Of a stretch of DNA of 64,000 nucleotides, positions 57,871-64,000 are shown in pieces. The stretch lies in NCBI RefSeq assembly GCF_009914755.1, contig NC_060925.1. One strand, given 5' to 3'. Both the position numbers and the translations under genes were made by a program. Position 1 is the first letter of the stretch; each line of letters begins with the position of its first letter. Below the pieces are notes generated by a model, which ran no database searches, was not told the origin of the DNA, and was given only the letters and a program-made list of their open reading frames with translations. Source of the stretch: the human T2T-CHM13v2.0 reference genome, Homo sapiens.

Positions 57871-58219
57871 TCCATGGCAGCTTTCTAGGGGAAGACAAGA
57901 GGGAAGGTTGGCGGAGAGGAAAGAGAGGTCTGTCCTGGCCAGTGTTGCTCATGGGCCGAATCAGAGAATACTGAAATTCATGGTGGCATTTCCAAGAGGG
58001 TAGAGATGATTTTGAAGTACCTAATATATGTTGCCTTTATTATTTCACCGTTCAAAAACTTTAATTCTATTTCTCATTGAATTTCAAGTTCCTCTAAAGC
58101 GGAGACAGTTCAACCCCCAGTGAATTAATGGGTCTCAGCTATAAGTATCAATGGAACAGCTACTAACATCACAAAAAGAGAGGCAGCCAGCTGTTATGTG
58201 CCTCCAGATGAAGAACACA

Positions 58220-59023
<804 letters not shown>

Positions 59024-59329
59024 AAAAGGATTGATTCTGAGACTGATCAAGTCTCACTATCTCTGTCAATTTGTAGAAAATACAGGAGAAATGTGTGGAA
59101 CTGCACCATGAGTAAACTCCAGACTGTGAAAAACTCTGCATATCAAACAGCTCAAGTCTTTCAACAGATAATCTGCGAGTAAAAGATGTAAGGGAAATGT
59201 ATAGATTAAAAGAGACATCTTTTTAAGTGAGTAAGACTATAATGTTTACAAATACATAGTTGGGTGATGAAACCATAAGGAAATAGAGGCAGACATTATT
59301 ATAAAAGCTAGGATTAGTGAGGTGGTAGT

Positions 59330-59770
59330 CTGTTACCAGGGTAGCCCTTGCATAGGTGTTCATGCCTGTGTGTAGTCCTCTCTTGAATCTGGGCTGGCTC
59401 TGAGACCAGCTTTAACCAACAAAATGTGGCAGAGTAATGTGGCGCCATTCCAGGCCTAAGCCACAAGAAGTCCTAGAAGCTTCTACATGCTTTTACACTC
59501 TAGCAATGTAAGATCCTGACCCACCATTTAAACAGTTCAGTATCCTATTGGAGAGGTCATGTAGAAAGGCCACCTGGAGAGAAAGAAAGCCTTGTCAGCT
59601 AAGTCCAGCCACCAGCTGATCCACCAGATGCATGCATCCACAGGAATGACCACCAGCAAAAATAAAAAGTAGAACCACCCAGCCTGGACCCAGTTCAGCA
59701 GAATTGTGAGCAAATAAATACCTGTTTTAAGAGTCAGGATCTTTGAGGTAGTTATAAATAGATAACTGAA
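59330..59770 (+). mobile_element. MLT1F/G/H-like MaLR LTR
   Basis: CTTGAATCTGGGCTGGC...TTAACCAACAAAATGTGGCAGA...GAATTGTGAGCAAATAAA...ATAGATAACTGA. Confidence 0.8.
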
Positions 59771-60387
59771 AATAGTGGTCATTTTTGGAGAAACAAAGAG
59801 GTCTAGAACTGGGACGGGGCACACAGAAGCCTCCTTTGATGACTAGTGAAGCTCTTTCTATGTCTTGACCTGCGTAGTGGCTACTAAGTATTTGCCTTAT
59901 AATGATTCACTAAGCTATGCATTTGTTTTGTGTGGCTGTCTGGGCCTATGTTTTCTTTTAAAATAAAAATAGTTTTTAAAAAGGAAAAAGAAAAAAAACC
60001 ACATGGTTTGGCATAGAGACATTTACCCTTCTTCCAAAATTCCTTGAGACCATGGACCTTTTAAAAGTCACTTTGGGGCTCCTAGTAAAAACTATTAATT
60101 TATTTTAATCCTATAGACTCATTCCATACAACATCAAGCATAGAAATACAAACTTCCTTAGGTCCTAGAACCTGCAATTTGCAAAAGTGAATTAATTGCT
60201 TTCATACCTCTAAAGCGTTTATTCTCTTTTCTAAGTGAGAAAAAACATACAGTACCAAGGTAGGGGGCACTTTTTAAAAGCTGGCATGCATTTTCGCATT
60301 GGCAGCAACTTGCTAGTCTGTTTTTAAAATGAATTTTCCAGTTTCAAAGGAGAAAATCTGTATTGCATTTGGGGTTCTGTTAAATCT

Positions 60388-60407
60388 CTTTCTCTCTCTT
60401 TCCCTCC

Positions 60408-60442
<35 letters not shown>

Positions 60443-60447
60443 TGTGT
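60388..60447. repeat. Compound (TC)n(TG)n microsatellite
   Basis: Seen directly. Confidence 0.9.
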
Positions 60448-61554
60448 ACATATGTGTGTTAGTTTTGAACTGTTGGGAAAGTGCCTTAAACAGACTGTAG
60501 CAGATGAATTGTGCTTTTATTCTCCTGTCTTCCTTTCCATTATGCTTTTATCTTCACTTCTGACTTCATTTCCCATTTCACAGTGCAAATTGTTATATGT
60601 ACCTTATTTCTTAGAGTTACCCAGCTATACTAAAAAAAATTAAAATTTCTGATTAGGAGATTAAAGTTCACTGCCATGATTCACACTGCATATTTTGTAA
60701 AACGTTCACAGTACATTTATATTAATGAAATTAGAAACTACCTTTACAAATTGGGCTCCTGCTATTGCACTTTCTACCTGTGAACCCAGTTCAAACCTTC
60801 CCAGAGATTACAATAAAGTAAAAAGCTCAGTAGTTCACAGTAAAAGATAATAAAAATTACTATTGTCATCCTAGTAGTTACTATTACTAGAGCACCTTTG
60901 ATGATGTGGCCCTCTTACAGCCAACGTCCATAGTAAAAAGAAGTTTTTCATCAAGACCAGGGCTTGATTCATCATCTAACTCCATGGGATTTATCAAGGC
61001 TTGTATTAGAAGCCACAAGAGGGAAAGTCACTCTTTGTTCCACAAGTACAGGAGAAAATGTTAATCTGTCTCAGTCTACTGTCTTTTCTGTCTTTGTGGT
61101 TGACTCTTAGAAATCACAACTCACAAAATCCTTTATGGCTTTGCAACATGAGATTTGGTTTCCTAAAGAGCTTCCCATTTCTAAAGTATTGGTTTCAATT
61201 CACAAAGACCAAAGGAAATAGAAAGTAATTATTGATACTAGCAACTCCTAATTTGCAGTAGTTTTACTTATTTGAAACTCCTGCTAGCTTCCTTGGTAGT
61301 CTGGCATGCTTGAAGGCATTTTTTTTCACTTAAAATATAAAGTGATCAATATGCATTTGTGCACTATTCATAGTGGACCCTCTTTCTCCTGTTTCCTCCA
61401 TCCCCACTACTCTGGAGGAGCTGCAATTTCTCACTTCTTACAAAAGCCTATTCATGTCTACAAATTTAGAGCTGAAACAAATACTATAATCTTTACCCAC
61501 TTTCTACTTTCTTTGGATTACTTTTTCTGAAAGGGGACCCAATAAGGCAGCATT

Positions 61555-63070
<1,516 letters not shown>

Positions 63071-63884
63071 TGGAGGAGTGGGAAAAAGATGTTGGGTTGA
63101 CATACCACGGTGTCTACCATAATGCATTTCCTAACTTTCTCATCATAGTATATTGCCATTACTAGCCAACTTGGACTCTAAGATCACACTACCAAAAATA
63201 TTCAGGTTAAGTCAGACCAGTTCTTATGCCCATCTCCCACCAACAAATTATGACCGAAGAAGCAAATGTGTGGACTAGTACGACACATCCACACTAAGTA
63301 GACTACAGATGTGTACAGCTCTCCCCATCCTCCACCTTGCCCATGGAGACTTCATTCTAGACACATCACTTTAAACTTTGTATCTAGCCACCTAAGTTAA
63401 CCCTTGTATAAATAAGAGGGAACTTCCCTGAGAAAAATATGTGCTATTTTAAAGCTGAAACTCATTTCTTATTTTATAAGCATCAGATCATTGAGAAGCT
63501 TTTGGAGGAAGCCACTGGGCCCTTTATATATTATGTAACTGACTATGCAATAATAAATCCAGTGGGGGAAAACAGTTTTCCTAACTGGTATTTGCTGCTG
63601 GCAGGCCTGCAAGTGCCCACTAGGATCTGTTTATCCCATGGTTTTCAGCTGCGGCACTGACTGTCCAGTACTTTTCTGACCCTCCACAGGACTTCTTATG
63701 TGGGAGATCTTTCAGGTTTGCTTTCTTTTTGATTCGTTAAAAATTCAAGGGTAATTTTTAGAAGGAAATAAAATTATTGCATAAACAGGAAAACACAGTG
63801 TGGGGGGTTTTTTGGTTTTGTTTTGGGGTTTTTTTTTAAGCTATAGTTTAATTTCATGCATACCAAAAGCTTTACAGAAAAAGA

Positions 63885-64000
63885 GGCCGGGCATGGTGAC
63901 TCATGCCTGTAATCCCAGCACTTTGGGAGGCCAAGGCGGGAAGACTGCTTGAGCCCAGAAGTTTGAGACCTGCCTGGGCAACATGGCAAAATCCCATCTC
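63885..64000 (+). mobile_element. Alu (J-like) left arm, cut by window end
   Basis: GGCCGGGCATGGTGACTCATGCCTGTAATCCC. Confidence 0.92.

Larger units (their letters stand above)
56221..58108 (-). pseudogene. Putative orphan retrocopy / 3' transduction of a non-coding transcript (contains an old L1 ORF2 piece and a MIR)
   Basis: 18 bp TSD with 2 mismatches at 56205-56222 and 58109-58126; poly-T at 56221-56228; AATAAA on minus strand at 56243-56248. Confidence 0.7.

Overview
Primate genomic DNA, most likely human (many AluJ/S/Y elements, L1PA). It is AT-rich and mostly interspersed repeats, typical of a large intron or intergenic region. I can support no protein-coding gene, RNA gene, CRISPR array or prokaryote-type system. 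Nearly all ORFs in the supplied track are antisense-Alu, L1 or random reading frames, and I cannot name a host gene. Main contents: about 20 Alus, a full-span L1MA (15.26-22.09 kb, minus), a long fragmented L3/CR1 (about 37.9-41.1 kb), an old L1MC-type 3' UTR (55.3-60 kb) with four nested insertions, L2/MIR relics, MLT LTRs and hAT-Charlie MITEs (MER1A, MER3, MER5, MER30, MER33). The most interesting signals are structural. (1) A ~1.9 kb TSD-flanked, polyadenylated orphan retrocopy of non-coding RNA (56.2-58.1 kb). (2) A ~160 bp local duplication apparently mobilised with a MER3 between hAT-type CTCTAGAA target duplications (7.4-8.25 kb). (3) A 77 bp near-pristine internal L1PA fragment covering the RT FADD motif between 10 bp direct repeats (34.4 kb). 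(4) A tiny TSD-flanked insertion with an A-rich tail (36.8 kb). There are also candidate minus-strand exons or promoters and enhancer-like unique blocks. Subfamily names come from remembered consensus sequences, and repeat boundaries are approximate.
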